From an uncultured Prevotella sp. (GTDB lineage Bacteria; Bacteroidota; Bacteroidia; Bacteroidales; Bacteroidaceae), in NCBI GenBank assembly GCA_964623995.1, contig CAZUWO010000005.1, positions 1 through 54,229 of the forward strand: DNA of 54,229 nucleotides, given 5' to 3'. The translations under genes and the position numbers were made by a program. How positions within the stretch are numbered: the first letter of the stretch is position 1; every line of letters starts with the position of its first letter. Below are positions 18,630-29,492 of this stretch, piece after piece. The notes under the pieces are model-generated. The model was not told where the DNA came from, did no database searches, and saw only the letters and a list, made by a program, of their open reading frames with translations.

Positions 18630-20522
18630 TTACTCTAAATAGGTGTAACCGTAGAGGCCTGAGCGATAGTTGCTAAGGAACTCCTTGCCCTCATCGAGCG
18701 ATATTTTGCCCTGCTTTACACTCTTTGTCACCCACTGTTCAAGCTGCCTTACGAGCTTCTTTGGTTGGTATTGCACGTACTCAAGCACCTCTTCTACAGT
18801 CTCGCCGTCGATGATTTGGTCTATATGATAGCGTCCGTCCTTAACCGAAATGTGGGCTGCCGTGGTGTCGCCAAACAGGTTATGCATGTCGCCAAGTATC
18901 TCTTGGTAGGCTCCTACAAGGAAAACGCCGAGATAATAAGGCTCATCTTTCTTCAAGGCATGTACTGGAAGCACGTTGGAAAGTGTGTTTCCAACCACGA
19001 AATTGGTAATCTTGCCATCGCTGTCGCACGTAATATCCTGCAAGGTACAATTGCGTGTAGGCCGTTCTTTGAGCCTATGAATTGGCATTATAGGGAATAG
19101 CTGGTCAATGCCCCAGCAATCAGGCAAGCTCTGGAATATGGAAAAATTGCAGAAATACTTATCTGCGAGCAGTTTGTCCAAGCCTCTCAGCTATTCAGGA
19201 ACATGCTTCATGCCCTTTGCCAGCACATTTATTTCGTGGCAAACACTCCAATACATCGACTCTATTTCGGCACGAGTCTTGAGGTCTACCATGCCATGGG
19301 CAAAGAGATCAAGACAGTCTTCACGTATCTGCTCGGCATCATGCCAATCCTCAAGCATTGACTTTGGGTTCAGGTTATCCCATATTTCGTATAGATCCTT
19401 AACCAGTTTATGGTCTGATTCCTTAGCCTCGAACTCCTCAGGCATCTCCGGAAGCGATGCGGCACCAAGCACATCGAGCACCAAAACAGAATGATGGGCG
19501 GTGAGAGAGCGACCACTCTCAGTTAAGATATTGGGATGCGGAATGTTGTTTTTGTCGGAAATCTCGACAAAAGTATAGATAATGTCGTTGATATATTCCT
19601 GTATGCTGTAATTGACAGAGCTCTCATTGTTGCTCGAACGGGTGCCATCGTAGTCAACTCCCAGTCCTCCGCCACAGTCAACGAACTCAATATCGTAGCC
19701 CATACGGCGCAGATTTACGTAGTATTGGGCAGCTTCGGTGAGGGCATTTTGTATGAGGCGAATCTTGGTTATCTGGCTTCCAATGTGGAAATGAATAAGT
19801 TTCACGCTGTCATGCATGCCTACTTTCTCCAACTTATTCAATGCATCGAGCAGTTCTGAAGGCGTAAGGCCGAACTTGGATGCATCACCTCCGCTCTCAG
19901 CCCACTTGCCAGAACCGGTAGAAGCCAACTTTATGCGGATGCCAATATTGGGCTTCACGTTCAGTCTTTTGGCCGTTCGGGCTATTACATCAATCTCATT
20001 AAGCTTCTCAACAACTATGAATATGCGCTTGCCAAGCTTCTGGGCGAGCAGCGCAAGCTCAATATAGCTCTCGTCTTTGTATCCGTTGCAAATGATGAGA
20101 GAGTCGCTCTTGCACTGAACAGCTATGACAGCGTGAAGCTCTGGCTTAGATCCGGCCTCCAGACCAAGGTTGAATTTGCGGCCATGGGATATGATTTCGT
20201 CTACCACAGGCTGCATTTGGTTCACCTTTATTGGGTAGATTACGAAGCTTTCTCCTTTGTATCCGTATTCTTCTGCTGCTTTTTTGTAGCAGAAATTCAT
20301 TTTCTCAATCCGGTTATCAAGGATATCAGGGAATCTCAGAAGTACGGGAGGGGTAACGTCACGCAGTGCTAACTCGTCGATAACATCGCATAAATCTATC
20401 TCCGTATTGTCTTTACAAGGGGTTACATACACATCTCCCTTATCGTTTATGTCAAAGTAGGATGTGCCCCAACCGCCTATATTGTAGAGTTCCTTTGAGT
20501 CCTCAATGGTCCATTTCTTCAT
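18630..20522 (-). pseudogene. speA: Biosynthetic arginine decarboxylase interrupted by one in-frame TAG (19193-19191)
   Basis: YPIKVNQ, HFHIGSQ and GGGLGVDYDG lie 5' of the stop; TCDSDG and GAYQEILGDMHNLFG lie 3'. The frame is continuous (KHVPE*LRGLDKLL), giving 630 codons in total. Confidence 0.85.
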
Positions 20523-20588
20523 CTATACTGTTCTTAGGTTTTTAAAAATTAGAGGGGGGATTGAAGGTTTTTGCCCCCGGAATTTATG

Positions 20589-21134
20589 TCAGGCTGTGGC
20601 AAGTAGCTCCATCAGCCGGTCTATACTCTCATTGATTTTAGTATGGTTGTCCAAAAGATTAACATTGAAAGAGTGGTGAGCCTTGCTATAAAAAGGTTCC
20701 CTCTGAGCCAATTGGCCCACGATGAATTGCTTAATTTCGTCCTGACTCTTGCCAATTAGCAATGGACGGACGTTGCGCCCCATATGCAAATGCTTATAGA
20801 GCACATCAGGTTCGGCCTTCAGATAGATCGTTGTACCACGCAAATTCATATAATCCATATTGTCGAAGAAGCACGGAGTGCCCCCCCCACAACTAACAAC
20901 AACGTCTTCAAACTCTGCAACCTCGTGCAACATGTTGTGCTCCAAGAGTCGGAAACCATCTTCTCCGCGTTCATCGAACAGCTGTTTTACTGTGCGATGC
21001 ATACGGTTTTCAATGTACCAATCAAGGTCATAGAACTGCAAATCCAACCTTTTGGCCAACGCACGGCCCAAGGTTGTCTTGCCGGCACCCATATAACCAA
21101 TGAGTATGATAGGCTTGTGATTCTCCATTGGCAT
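20589..21134 (-). CDS. aroK: Shikimate kinase
   Basis: GYMGAGKTT P-loop, DLD, GEDGFR, SCGGG and RPLL motifs. ATG overlaps the topA TGA; an alternative start is 21128. Confidence 0.94.
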   Translation of the reverse strand: MPMENHKPIILIGYMGAGKTTLGRALAKRLDLQFYDLDWYIENRMHRTVKQLFDERGEDGFRLLEHNMLHEVAEFEDVVVSCGGGTPCFFDNMDYMNLRGTTIYLKAEPDVLYKHLHMGRNVRPLLIGKSQDEIKQFIVGQLAQREPFYSKAHHSFNVNLLDNHTKINESIDRLMELLATA

Positions 21135-23470
21135 CACTTCTTTCCAGTAACTTTCTTGGCTTTTGGCTCCGGAGCCTCATCTATTATCTTCTTACACTCA
21201 TCGTATGTAAGCTCAACAGCCTTGTCACGAAGAGTCTTTGGCAGCCGGTAGTTCTTGCCATCATAGGCAATATAGGGACCGAAACGGCCATTCATTATTT
21301 CCATCTTCGGGTCTTCGTCAAAGGCCTTAAGGTGACGTTTTGCGTCAGCCTCACGCTTATTCTTTATGAGTTCTATACCCTCGTCGAGGGTAATGGCCAT
21401 AGGATCGAGCGTCTTTGGTATGGAAACGTACTTGCTATTGTGCTTAACGTAGGGACCAAAGCGACCTGTTCCAACCGTAACATCAGTACCTTCGAACTCT
21501 CCAAGGTTACGAGGGAGCTTGAAAAGATCCAATGCCTCGTCGAGGGTAAGAGTCTCCATGCTCTTGCCAGAAGGTATTTGGGCAAACTGTGGCTTATCTT
21601 TCGCATTGGCTTCTCCTATCTGTACCACCGGCCCAAAGCGTCCAATCTTAACGAAAACAGGCTTTCCGGTCTTTGGATCCTTGCCGAGTTCACGCTCTCC
21701 GGCTTTGTGTTCGGAGCGCGAATTCATAACTTCCTCAACCTCAGGTTCGAAACTCTTATAGAAGTTCTTCATGCCTTTACGCCAGTCTTCCTTACCTTCG
21801 GCTATCTTATCGAACTCCTGCTCAACGTGAGCAGTAAAGTTATAGTCCATGATTTCGGGGAAATTCTTCATCAAGAAATCATTGACCACGATGCCAATAT
21901 CGGTAGGAAGCAACTTACCCTTGTCTGAACCGCTAAGTTCTTTCTTCGATTTCGAGGTTATCAACTTACCCTTCAAGGTGTCAATAGTATAGGAACGCCA
22001 TTCTCCTGGCTTATCTCCACGCTGCACATAGTTGCGCTGTTGTATTGTGGATATGGTAGGTGCGTAGGTGGAAGGACGGCCAATGCCCAGCTCTTCAAGC
22101 TTATGAACAAGCGAAGCCTCAGTATATCGGCTCGGCCCAAGCGTGAAACGCTCAGTAGAAGTTATTTCACGGCGCTCAAGTTCTTCACCAATCTTTACTT
22201 GAGGAATAGTGGACGAAGCTTCTTGATTATCGGTTGCGTCGTCGTTATCAGACTCTTTGTAAACCTTAGTGAAGCCATCGAACACCACGACCTCGCCACT
22301 TGCAACAAACATCTTATCTGATCCGGCAACGCTTATACTAACATTCGTCTTCTCAATCTTGGAGTCGGCCATCTGCGAAGCCATGGTTCTACGCCATATA
22401 AGAGCATAGAGTCGCTTTTCCTGCATAGTACCTTCTATGCTCTGCATGCTCATATTGGTTGGTCGTATGGCCTCATGGGCCTCCTGAGCACCCTTACTAT
22501 GGGTTGTATAGTTGCGCGGACGACTGTAATTCTCACCGAAAAGTTCGGTTACTACACCCTTACTTGCGCCTATGGCAAGCTTAGACAGGTTCACGCTATC
22601 AGTACGCATGTAGGTTATAAGTCCGTTTTCGTAGAGCCGTTGAGCCACCATCATGGTCTGACTTACGGTGAAGCCAAGCTTACGGGCAGCCTCCTGCTGC
22701 AACGTACTTGTGGTAAAAGGAGGAGCAGGCGTACGTTTTAAAGGCTTCTTTGTTATGTCGGCCACTTTGAAAGTGGCATTCTTGCAAACTTCAAGGAACG
22801 CCATGGCATCATCATGGGAGCTGAAACGCGTGTTGAGTTCGGCCTTTATCTCTGTCTTTGAACCGTCATCGTCGGTTAAAGCGAAAATAGCATTAACCCG
22901 ATAGAATGGTTCTGGCTTGAAAGCCTGTATCTCACGCTCACGCTCAACAATGAGACGGACAGCCACACTCTGCACTCGACCAGCCGAAAGAGCTGGTTTC
23001 ACCTTACGCCATAGCACCGGAGAAAGTCTGAAACCAACCAAGCGGTCGAGTACTCGACGTGCTTGCTGGGCATTGACAAGGTTCATATCCAAATGGCGGG
23101 GATTCTTAATGGCTTCGAGAATGGCCGGTTTGGTAATCTCATGGAATACTATCCGATTGGTCTTCTGCTCATCTAAGCCCAACACCTCACATAAATGCCA
23201 GCTTATAGCCTCTCCTTCACGGTCTTCATCGGATGCGAGCCATACCTTCTTGGCCTTCTTTGCATTGGCTTTCAGGTCACTAACTACCTTCCGTTTCTCT
23301 TCAGGAATCTCGTAGTCTGGCTCCAATGTATCTGTGTTTATGCTGAGTTCTTTCTTCTTAAGGTCACGAATATGGCCGTATGACGACATTACTTTATAGT
23401 CCTTGCCCAGGAATTTGCCTATGGTTTTAGCCTTAGCAGGACTCTCTACTATAACCAGATTATCTTCCAT
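21134..23470 (-). CDS. topA: DNA topoisomerase I
   Basis: IVESPAKA, DEDREGE, SAGRVQS, ITYMRTD (catalytic Tyr), GIGRPSTY; C-terminal GRFGPY repeats. Confidence 0.97.
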   Translation of the reverse strand: MEDNLVIVESPAKAKTIGKFLGKDYKVMSSYGHIRDLKKKELSINTDTLEPDYEIPEEKRKVVSDLKANAKKAKKVWLASDEDREGEAISWHLCEVLGLDEQKTNRIVFHEITKPAILEAIKNPRHLDMNLVNAQQARRVLDRLVGFRLSPVLWRKVKPALSAGRVQSVAVRLIVEREREIQAFKPEPFYRVNAIFALTDDDGSKTEIKAELNTRFSSHDDAMAFLEVCKNATFKVADITKKPLKRTPAPPFTTSTLQQEAARKLGFTVSQTMMVAQRLYENGLITYMRTDSVNLSKLAIGASKGVVTELFGENYSRPRNYTTHSKGAQEAHEAIRPTNMSMQSIEGTMQEKRLYALIWRRTMASQMADSKIEKTNVSISVAGSDKMFVASGEVVVFDGFTKVYKESDNDDATDNQEASSTIPQVKIGEELERREITSTERFTLGPSRYTEASLVHKLEELGIGRPSTYAPTISTIQQRNYVQRGDKPGEWRSYTIDTLKGKLITSKSKKELSGSDKGKLLPTDIGIVVNDFLMKNFPEIMDYNFTAHVEQEFDKIAEGKEDWRKGMKNFYKSFEPEVEEVMNSRSEHKAGERELGKDPKTGKPVFVKIGRFGPVVQIGEANAKDKPQFAQIPSGKSMETLTLDEALDLFKLPRNLGEFEGTDVTVGTGRFGPYVKHNSKYVSIPKTLDPMAITLDEGIELIKNKREADAKRHLKAFDEDPKMEIMNGRFGPYIAYDGKNYRLPKTLRDKAVELTYDECKKIIDEAPEPKAKKVTGKK

Positions 23471-23640
23471 AAATATTTCTGATTTATTCTTCTTTACATA
23501 TAAGCCCCTAAAAGCGGAGCTTTCAAGGGCGCAAAGATAATGATTACTTTGGGGTACACATTATTAATATGTGCAATTTTTAGTTTTTTTAAATTTTATA
23601 TGACTCCCATAAATGTTGATTTGTGGCCTTATCAGAATAT

Positions 23641-24870
23641 TCAAAAGAACAGATAAGCCACAAATATTGCAGCAATGACACCAGCTAAATCGGCAAGCAA
23701 GCCGCAAGCCACAGCATGACGGGTGTACTTTATGCCCACACTGCCGAAGTAAACTGCCAAGATATAGAACGTGGTATCGGTGGATCCTTGGAATATACAA
23801 GCAAGACGGCCCACAAAAGAATCAGCTCCATAGTCCTGCATGGCCTTTACCATCAAGCCACGGGCACCACTTCCAGAAAGAGGTTTCATTATAGCTGTAG
23901 GCAAAGCTCCCACAAAATCGGTATCAAAACCACACTGACTTACACACCAAGAAATACCCTTAATGGTCAAGTCCATAGCCCCAGAGGCCTTGAATACACC
24001 CACAGCCACAAGGATTGCCACAAGATAAGGAATGATTCTCACTGCAGTCGTAAAGCCTTCCTTTGCTCCATCGATGAAAGCATCATAGACATTGATATGC
24101 CGAAAGAAACCAGCGAGGATGAAAATAAGGATTATTGAGAACAGGATAAGGTTGCTTGCCAGTCCGGTTACCGTAGCCATTGTGTCTTTATCCATCATAC
24201 CGAAGCCCCAAATAACCAATGCAATGAATGCTATCAAGCCTCCAAGAGTGGCAAGAAGTATGGGTTGCAGCAAATTGATGCGCTGCCAAAGGGCCGTAAT
24301 TACTATACCGGCAATTGTTGCTATTGATGTTGCGATAAGGATAGGTATGAATACATCGGTGGGCTGGGCAGCGCCATTGGCGGCCCTAAATGCCAATATT
24401 GATGTGGGAATGATGGTCAATCCACTCGTGTTAAGCACAAGAAACATAATCATCGGATTTGTGGCGGTGTCCTTCTTAGGGTTCAATTCCTGCATCTGCT
24501 GCATGGCTTTAAGCCCCGTTGGCGTTGCCGCATTGTCAAGTCCGAGCATGTTTGAGGCTATATTCATGAAAATACTACCCATTGCCGGATGGTTTTTCGG
24601 AATGTCTGGAAACAGCTTTGTAAAGAGCGGACTTAGCACTCGGGCCAGCACATTTACCACTCCCGCCCTCTCGCCTATCTTCATTATGCCGAGCCAAAGG
24701 GCAAGAACACCTGTCAGTCCAAGAGATATCTCAAACGCTTGCTTGGAAGTTTCGAAGGTGGAATCAACTATTTTCTGAAAAACAGAAGTATCACCCCAGA
24801 CAAGAAGCTGTACTGCGGCAAACAAAAAGGATATAACGAAGAATGCAATCCAAATGTAATTGAGTACCAT
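23641..24870 (-). CDS. SpmA/SpmB-like fused membrane protein (nucleoside recognition gate domains)
   Basis: NMLGLDNAATP, FIDGAKEG, KPLSGSGA and GSTDTTFYILAVYFG motifs. Confidence 0.88.
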   Translation of the reverse strand: MVLNYIWIAFFVISFLFAAVQLLVWGDTSVFQKIVDSTFETSKQAFEISLGLTGVLALWLGIMKIGERAGVVNVLARVLSPLFTKLFPDIPKNHPAMGSIFMNIASNMLGLDNAATPTGLKAMQQMQELNPKKDTATNPMIMFLVLNTSGLTIIPTSILAFRAANGAAQPTDVFIPILIATSIATIAGIVITALWQRINLLQPILLATLGGLIAFIALVIWGFGMMDKDTMATVTGLASNLILFSIILIFILAGFFRHINVYDAFIDGAKEGFTTAVRIIPYLVAILVAVGVFKASGAMDLTIKGISWCVSQCGFDTDFVGALPTAIMKPLSGSGARGLMVKAMQDYGADSFVGRLACIFQGSTDTTFYILAVYFGSVGIKYTRHAVACGLLADLAGVIAAIFVAYLFF

Positions 24871-25083
24871 TGGCTTAATGCTCTCTTATAAAAACTGTTG
24901 AAAATAAAACTGTGCAAAGTTACTATTTTTCAATCATTTGGGCAAATTCTCATAAAAGCAGATGCCTGCCGAATGGACAAAACCGGCGTAATCTGAGCTA
25001 AAAGCAAACAATATGCTTCTTCAAAACAAAACATAAGAAACACCATTACGGTCCATAACTCATATAAAGAAAAAGCCAAACAC

Positions 25084-25127
25084 AAAAAAGTATGACACAA
25101 GCGTGAATTACACTTGTGTCATACTTT
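25084..25127 (-). terminator. Intrinsic terminator downstream of ybeY
   Basis: AAAGTATGACACAAG...CTTGTGTCATACTTT stem with a T-tract on the minus strand. Confidence 0.75.
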
Positions 25128-25241
25128 GTACATGTTAAACCGTAACAGAAAGAGAGAACACATGTTTTTGTTGACCCGATATTCAGGTTGTAGATTGAAA
25201 AGAGCTACAATCTACACCCTAAACAGGCCCTTTAGCAGCCA

Positions 25242-25667
25242 CTACCCAGCCATTTCGGCATAGAGAGCAAGTGCTTTATCCTCGTTCCGCTCCATTATCT
25301 CGCGCTCGCCGGGGCCCTTATCGTTGATGCCACAAAGGTGAAGAATGCCATGAATTATAACTCTGTGGAGCTCATCAGCATACTGCTTATGGAATTTCTC
25401 AGCGTTAGAGCGCACCGTATCCAGTGAAATCACAATGTCACCGTTAAGGGTTGTACCTTCATCATAGTCGAAAGTGATGATGTCGGTATAATAATCATGG
25501 CCCAGATATTCACGGTTTACCTCAAGAATTCGCTCATCGCTGACGAACATATAGCCCACTTCGCCCACCTTTCGCCCATAAGTGGCGGCAACGGCACGTA
25601 TCCATTTGGTTATAAACCTGTGCTTAATGTCCGGCATTTTCACGCCGTCAGAATTGTAGGTTATCAT
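25242..25667 (-). CDS. ybeY: rRNA maturation endoribonuclease YbeY
   Basis: NREYLGHDYYTDIITF, GDIVIS and HGILHLCGIND motifs. Confidence 0.95.
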   Translation of the reverse strand: MITYNSDGVKMPDIKHRFITKWIRAVAATYGRKVGEVGYMFVSDERILEVNREYLGHDYYTDIITFDYDEGTTLNGDIVISLDTVRSNAEKFHKQYADELHRVIIHGILHLCGINDKGPGEREIMERNEDKALALYAEMAG

Positions 25668-25739
25668 AAATTGCTGTTCTGATTTGTCCTAAAGATTATT
25701 TCATCATTCCGTATTCTGCAACAGTTAGCCATAATCTTA

Positions 25740-27689
25740 TCAGTCGATAGGATCCGTATCTTCGGGCAAGTCCTCTTCTATCACGAGGTTGTCTATAATG
25801 AAATTCTGCCTTTCCATGGTGTTCTTGCCCATGTAGTAGGCCAAAAGCTTCTGCACTTGGTCATTCTTGTGGAGCGTGACCTGCTCAAGACGGATGTCTG
25901 GACCTATGAAATTCTTAAACTCATCAGGCGATATCTCACCCAATCCTTTGAACCTTGTTATCTCCGGATCGGGGCCAAGGTCGCGTATTGCCTGCAGTCT
26001 TTCCTCTTCAGAATAACAGTAATGAGTTATGAAATCGCTCTTCTTGTCTTTCGGCCCTAACTTAGCGTCGGCTTCTTTTATTACATTCTTGTTCTTAATC
26101 TTAGATCTGCGGTTGCGAACACGGAATAACGGCGTCTGCAAAACGTATACATGGCCTTTCTTTATCAGTTCGGGGAAGAACTGAAGGAAGAAGGTTATGA
26201 TGAGCAAACGAATGTGCATGCCATCCACATCGGCATCGGTGGCCACGATAACCTTGTTGTAGCGCAACGTGTCAAGGCCATCTTCAATGTCGAGAGCTGC
26301 CTGAAGAAGATTGAATTCCTCATTCTCGTAGACCACTTTCTTGGTGAGTCCGAAGCAGTTAAGAGGCTTTCCGCGCAGCGAGAACACAGCCTGAGTGTTT
26401 ACGTCACGGCTCTTTGTTATGCTGCCGCTGGCCGAATCGCCCTCGGTTATGAATATAGACGACTCCTCTTTACGGTCGTTCTTGGCATCGCTGTAGTGTA
26501 TCCGGCAGTCGCGAAGCTTCCTATTGTGTAAGTTTGCCTTCTTTGCACGTTCACGAGCTATCTTGGTTACGCCTGCCATAGCCTTGCGTTCGCGCTCGCT
26601 TTCCTTGATTTTCTGCTCCATTATGTCGGCACAGTCCTCCTTGTGTATGTGCAAATAGTTGTCGACATTCTTCTTTACAAAGTCGCTTATGTACTTATTG
26701 ATGGTCTCTCCCCCCGGTTCCATAAGCGTGGAGCCAAGCTTTATCTTGGTCTGAGATTCAAAAACAGGCTCTTCTACGTTGATAGCTATGGCCGCTACAA
26801 TGCCGTTGCGTATGTCGCTATACTCATATTTGCCGAAATACTCCTTAATGGTGCGGGCTATTGCCTCCTTGAATGCGGTTTGGTGGGTGCCACCTTGGGT
26901 TGTATGCTGCCCGTTAACGAAGCTGTGAAACTCCTCTCCGTACTGGTTGGTATGGGTAAAAGCTATCTCGATATCGTCGCCTTTTAGGTGCACTATTGGG
27001 TAAAGGCCTTCGGTTGTCATGTTGTCGGTGAGCAGATCCTGCAGTCCGTTGCGGCTGCGAATACGGCTACCGTTATACATTATGGTAAGTCCGGTATTGA
27101 GATAGGTATAATTGCGGAGCATGGTTTCCACTATATCGTCGTGGAACTGATAGTTTTTAAACAGCGTTGAGTCTGGTTCGAAGTATATGAGTGTGCCGGT
27201 TTCGTCGTCCGACTTGGTTGTAGAATCGCTCTGTAGCTGTCCTTTACGGAAAACAAGGTCACGAACCTTGCCCTCGCGGTAGCTCTTCACTTCAAACAGG
27301 GAGCTGAGAGCGTTGACAGCTTTTACGCCAACACCATTCAGACCTACACTCTTTTTGAATGCCTTTGTGTCGTATTTGCCACCCGTATTGAGTACGCTTA
27401 CGGCCTCAATAAGCTTGCCTTGCGGTATGCCACGACCATAGTCGCGCACGCGGCAGCTAAGATTCTGGTCTATATCCACCTCTATCCGCTTGCCGGCATT
27501 CATCTTGAACTCGTCGATAGAATTATCAATGACTTCCTTTAGCAGCACGTATATGCCGTCTTCGGGCAGCGATCCGTCGCCCAAACGGCCTATATACATG
27601 CCCGGGCGCGTGCGAACGTGCTCCATGTCGGACAGATGTCGTATGTTGTCGTCTGTATATTGAACTGTCTGTTCTGAATCTTCAGGCAT
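25740..27689 (-). CDS. parE: DNA topoisomerase IV subunit B
   Basis: [48 protein letters not shown] and RFKGLGE motifs. The variants look like Bacteroidetes ParE rather than GyrB. Confidence 0.85.
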   Translation of the reverse strand: MPEDSEQTVQYTDDNIRHLSDMEHVRTRPGMYIGRLGDGSLPEDGIYVLLKEVIDNSIDEFKMNAGKRIEVDIDQNLSCRVRDYGRGIPQGKLIEAVSVLNTGGKYDTKAFKKSVGLNGVGVKAVNALSSLFEVKSYREGKVRDLVFRKGQLQSDSTTKSDDETGTLIYFEPDSTLFKNYQFHDDIVETMLRNYTYLNTGLTIMYNGSRIRSRNGLQDLLTDNMTTEGLYPIVHLKGDDIEIAFTHTNQYGEEFHSFVNGQHTTQGGTHQTAFKEAIARTIKEYFGKYEYSDIRNGIVAAIAINVEEPVFESQTKIKLGSTLMEPGGETINKYISDFVKKNVDNYLHIHKEDCADIMEQKIKESERERKAMAGVTKIARERAKKANLHNRKLRDCRIHYSDAKNDRKEESSIFITEGDSASGSITKSRDVNTQAVFSLRGKPLNCFGLTKKVVYENEEFNLLQAALDIEDGLDTLRYNKVIVATDADVDGMHIRLLIITFFLQFFPELIKKGHVYVLQTPLFRVRNRRSKIKNKNVIKEADAKLGPKDKKSDFITHYCYSEEERLQAIRDLGPDPEITRFKGLGEISPDEFKNFIGPDIRLEQVTLHKNDQVQKLLAYYMGKNTMERQNFIIDNLVIEEDLPEDTDPID

Positions 27690-27839
27690 TATATTGCGTT
27701 AATATTATAGATATTTAAAGTTGATTTTATACTGTATTACAGCTTTAACAATTTGAATTTATTGTTTTATGGTAATCTGCAGTCATAGAGAATGACCATG
27801 GACTGCACCACTTTTGCGCTGGCAGAAGGCCTATACCGC

Positions 27840-28985
27840 TCAAATGAACTTCTTAAAGCAGCAGCGCCTTTTGTGATTTATTGGGTTCAAAGGTCCCCAT
27901 TGACCCTGTACTCCATTATTGCCCACCATCTCTACCTGCGTCTCTCCCCACTTGAATCCGTAGTCAATGTAGCGCGGAATAAGGTCGGCAAAGAGCAGGG
28001 CATTGGCTCCTTTGGCCCTGTATTCGGGCAAAAAGCCTATCAGCATCAGGTCAACGCCTTCGGTCTTGTGGAACTTTATGGCTCTCAACACATGCCACCA
28101 ACCAAACGGAAGCAGCCGTCCGCGATGGCATTTCTGCAGGGCATGGCTCAGCGAAGGTATGGTAATGCCGAATCCTGCTATGCGGTTCTCCTTTGTGGTG
28201 TCCTCAATTACAGTTACCAAATTGTAATCAACAAACCTCAGATAAGAATCTATGTACTGGCGTATCTGGCGGTGCGAGAGTTCAGAATATCCGTAAAGGT
28301 CCTTGTAGGTCTCATTTATTATGTCGAAAATGCGGTAACCGTAGCCTCCGCGAAATACGTCATCGTGGCTGAGTTTCTTTATTCTGAGCCCGTAACGCTG
28401 CTTTACAAGGCTGGCAATCTTGGCATACTTCTCCGGCACTTTATCGGGAACCTTGAGGAAATACTCCACATACTCGTTGTCTTTCTCGTAACCTTCCATC
28501 GCCTTAAAGTGCTCAGGATAGTACGAATAGTTATATATGGTGGGCATAGTGCCCAATTTGTCGAAGCCAAAGGTGAGCATTCCCTCCGGATCCATATCGG
28601 TAAAGCCGAGCGGACCCACCACTTCGTCCATGCCTTTATAGCGCCCCCAGTCTTCGACAGACTTCATTAGAGCCTGCGAAACTTCGCGATCGTCAATAAA
28701 ATCTATCCATCCGAACCTGACAGCCTTGCGGCCCCAGCGCCTGTTTGCTTTGTGATTGATGATGGCTGCCACACGACCGGCAAGCTTTCCGTTCTTATAG
28801 GCAAGAAAATATTGGGCCTCGCAGAAGTCGAAAGCGGCATTCTTGCTTGGAGAAAGCGTGTTCATCTCGTCAGAAAAAAGATTGGGTACATCGTAGGGAT
28901 TACCTTCATAGAGGTCGTAATGGAAATCAACGAACTTCTCAAGGTCCTTCTTGTTGGCAACTTTTTTAATTGTAACTGACGGCAT
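27840..28985 (-). CDS. GNAT-fold N-acetyltransferase (YghO-like)
   Basis: AGRVAAIIN, RFGWIDF, GPLGFTDMDPEG, YNYSYY and GFLPEYRAKG motifs. Confidence 0.75.
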   Translation of the reverse strand: MPSVTIKKVANKKDLEKFVDFHYDLYEGNPYDVPNLFSDEMNTLSPSKNAAFDFCEAQYFLAYKNGKLAGRVAAIINHKANRRWGRKAVRFGWIDFIDDREVSQALMKSVEDWGRYKGMDEVVGPLGFTDMDPEGMLTFGFDKLGTMPTIYNYSYYPEHFKAMEGYEKDNEYVEYFLKVPDKVPEKYAKIASLVKQRYGLRIKKLSHDDVFRGGYGYRIFDIINETYKDLYGYSELSHRQIRQYIDSYLRFVDYNLVTVIEDTTKENRIAGFGITIPSLSHALQKCHRGRLLPFGWWHVLRAIKFHKTEGVDLMLIGFLPEYRAKGANALLFADLIPRYIDYGFKWGETQVEMVGNNGVQGQWGPLNPINHKRRCCFKKFI

Positions 28986-29241
28986 TATGTATCCTATTTT
29001 TTGTCATATATTATCTTGCAAAGATATTATTTTTCTGCCATTTGGCAAAATTGATGGCCATTTTTTCGGTTTTATTAATCTGTTTGAGTAATTTATCCTG
29101 TCAATATGCAAATGTTGTAAGGTAAAAGCGGAAGCCGCAACTTTATGGCCCAGCCTTGCAGAACGGCCATAACCACAGGTTGCTTGCCGCTTTATCAAGC
29201 TCTGCTAAAGCCAAATAGTGCCGTAACAGAACAGGGAAAAA

Positions 29242-29273
29242 TTTGGATTCGCTTTCAGATTTTTGTAACTTTG
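29242..29273 (+). promoter_or_regulatory. Orphan consensus sigma-A promoter facing repeat array A
   Basis: TTTG (29242-45), 20-nt spacer, TAACTTTG (29266-73). Both flanking genes are on the minus strand. Confidence 0.6.
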
Positions 29274-29366
29274 CACGCACACCGCAGGGCTTTTCTTTTT
29301 TCTTTAATCAAAGCAAAAGCCTACCCTTCCAAACCACAAAAATATTATGAAAAGATTGAAAAATAG

Positions 29367-29492
29367 CCGTAATCCTATTACGGCACTTCCGTAATCGCAT
29401 TACGAGGCTTCCGTAACCTCGTTACGAAACTTCCGTAATCACGTTACGAGACTTCTGTAATGCGATTACGGAAGTGCCGTAACAAGTTTACG
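29367..29492. repeat. Family A palindromic 22-bp tandem array (6 units) with a 26-bp perfect inverted repeat
   Basis: Units start at 29367, 29389, 29411, 29433, 29455 and 29477, each CGTAA-N5-TTACG (one begins TGTAA). 29378-29403 is the exact reverse complement of 29457-29482. Confidence 0.95.

Noticed and set aside
18630-19181. Treating the two speA (and two sdhA) ORFs as separate genes
   Set aside because: The fragments are in frame and collinear with single-chain homologues, and the downstream pieces have no convincing independent start.
20881-20888. C8 homopolymer in aroK as a phase-variation tract
   Set aside because: It encodes the conserved Gly run (CGGGTP) and the frame is intact.
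29367-29492. CRISPR array interpretation of the 22-bp palindromic repeats (also 5957, 15695, 45407)
   Set aside because: The period is only 22 bp with 3-7 variable nt, there are no unique spacer-length segments, and no cas genes are in the window.
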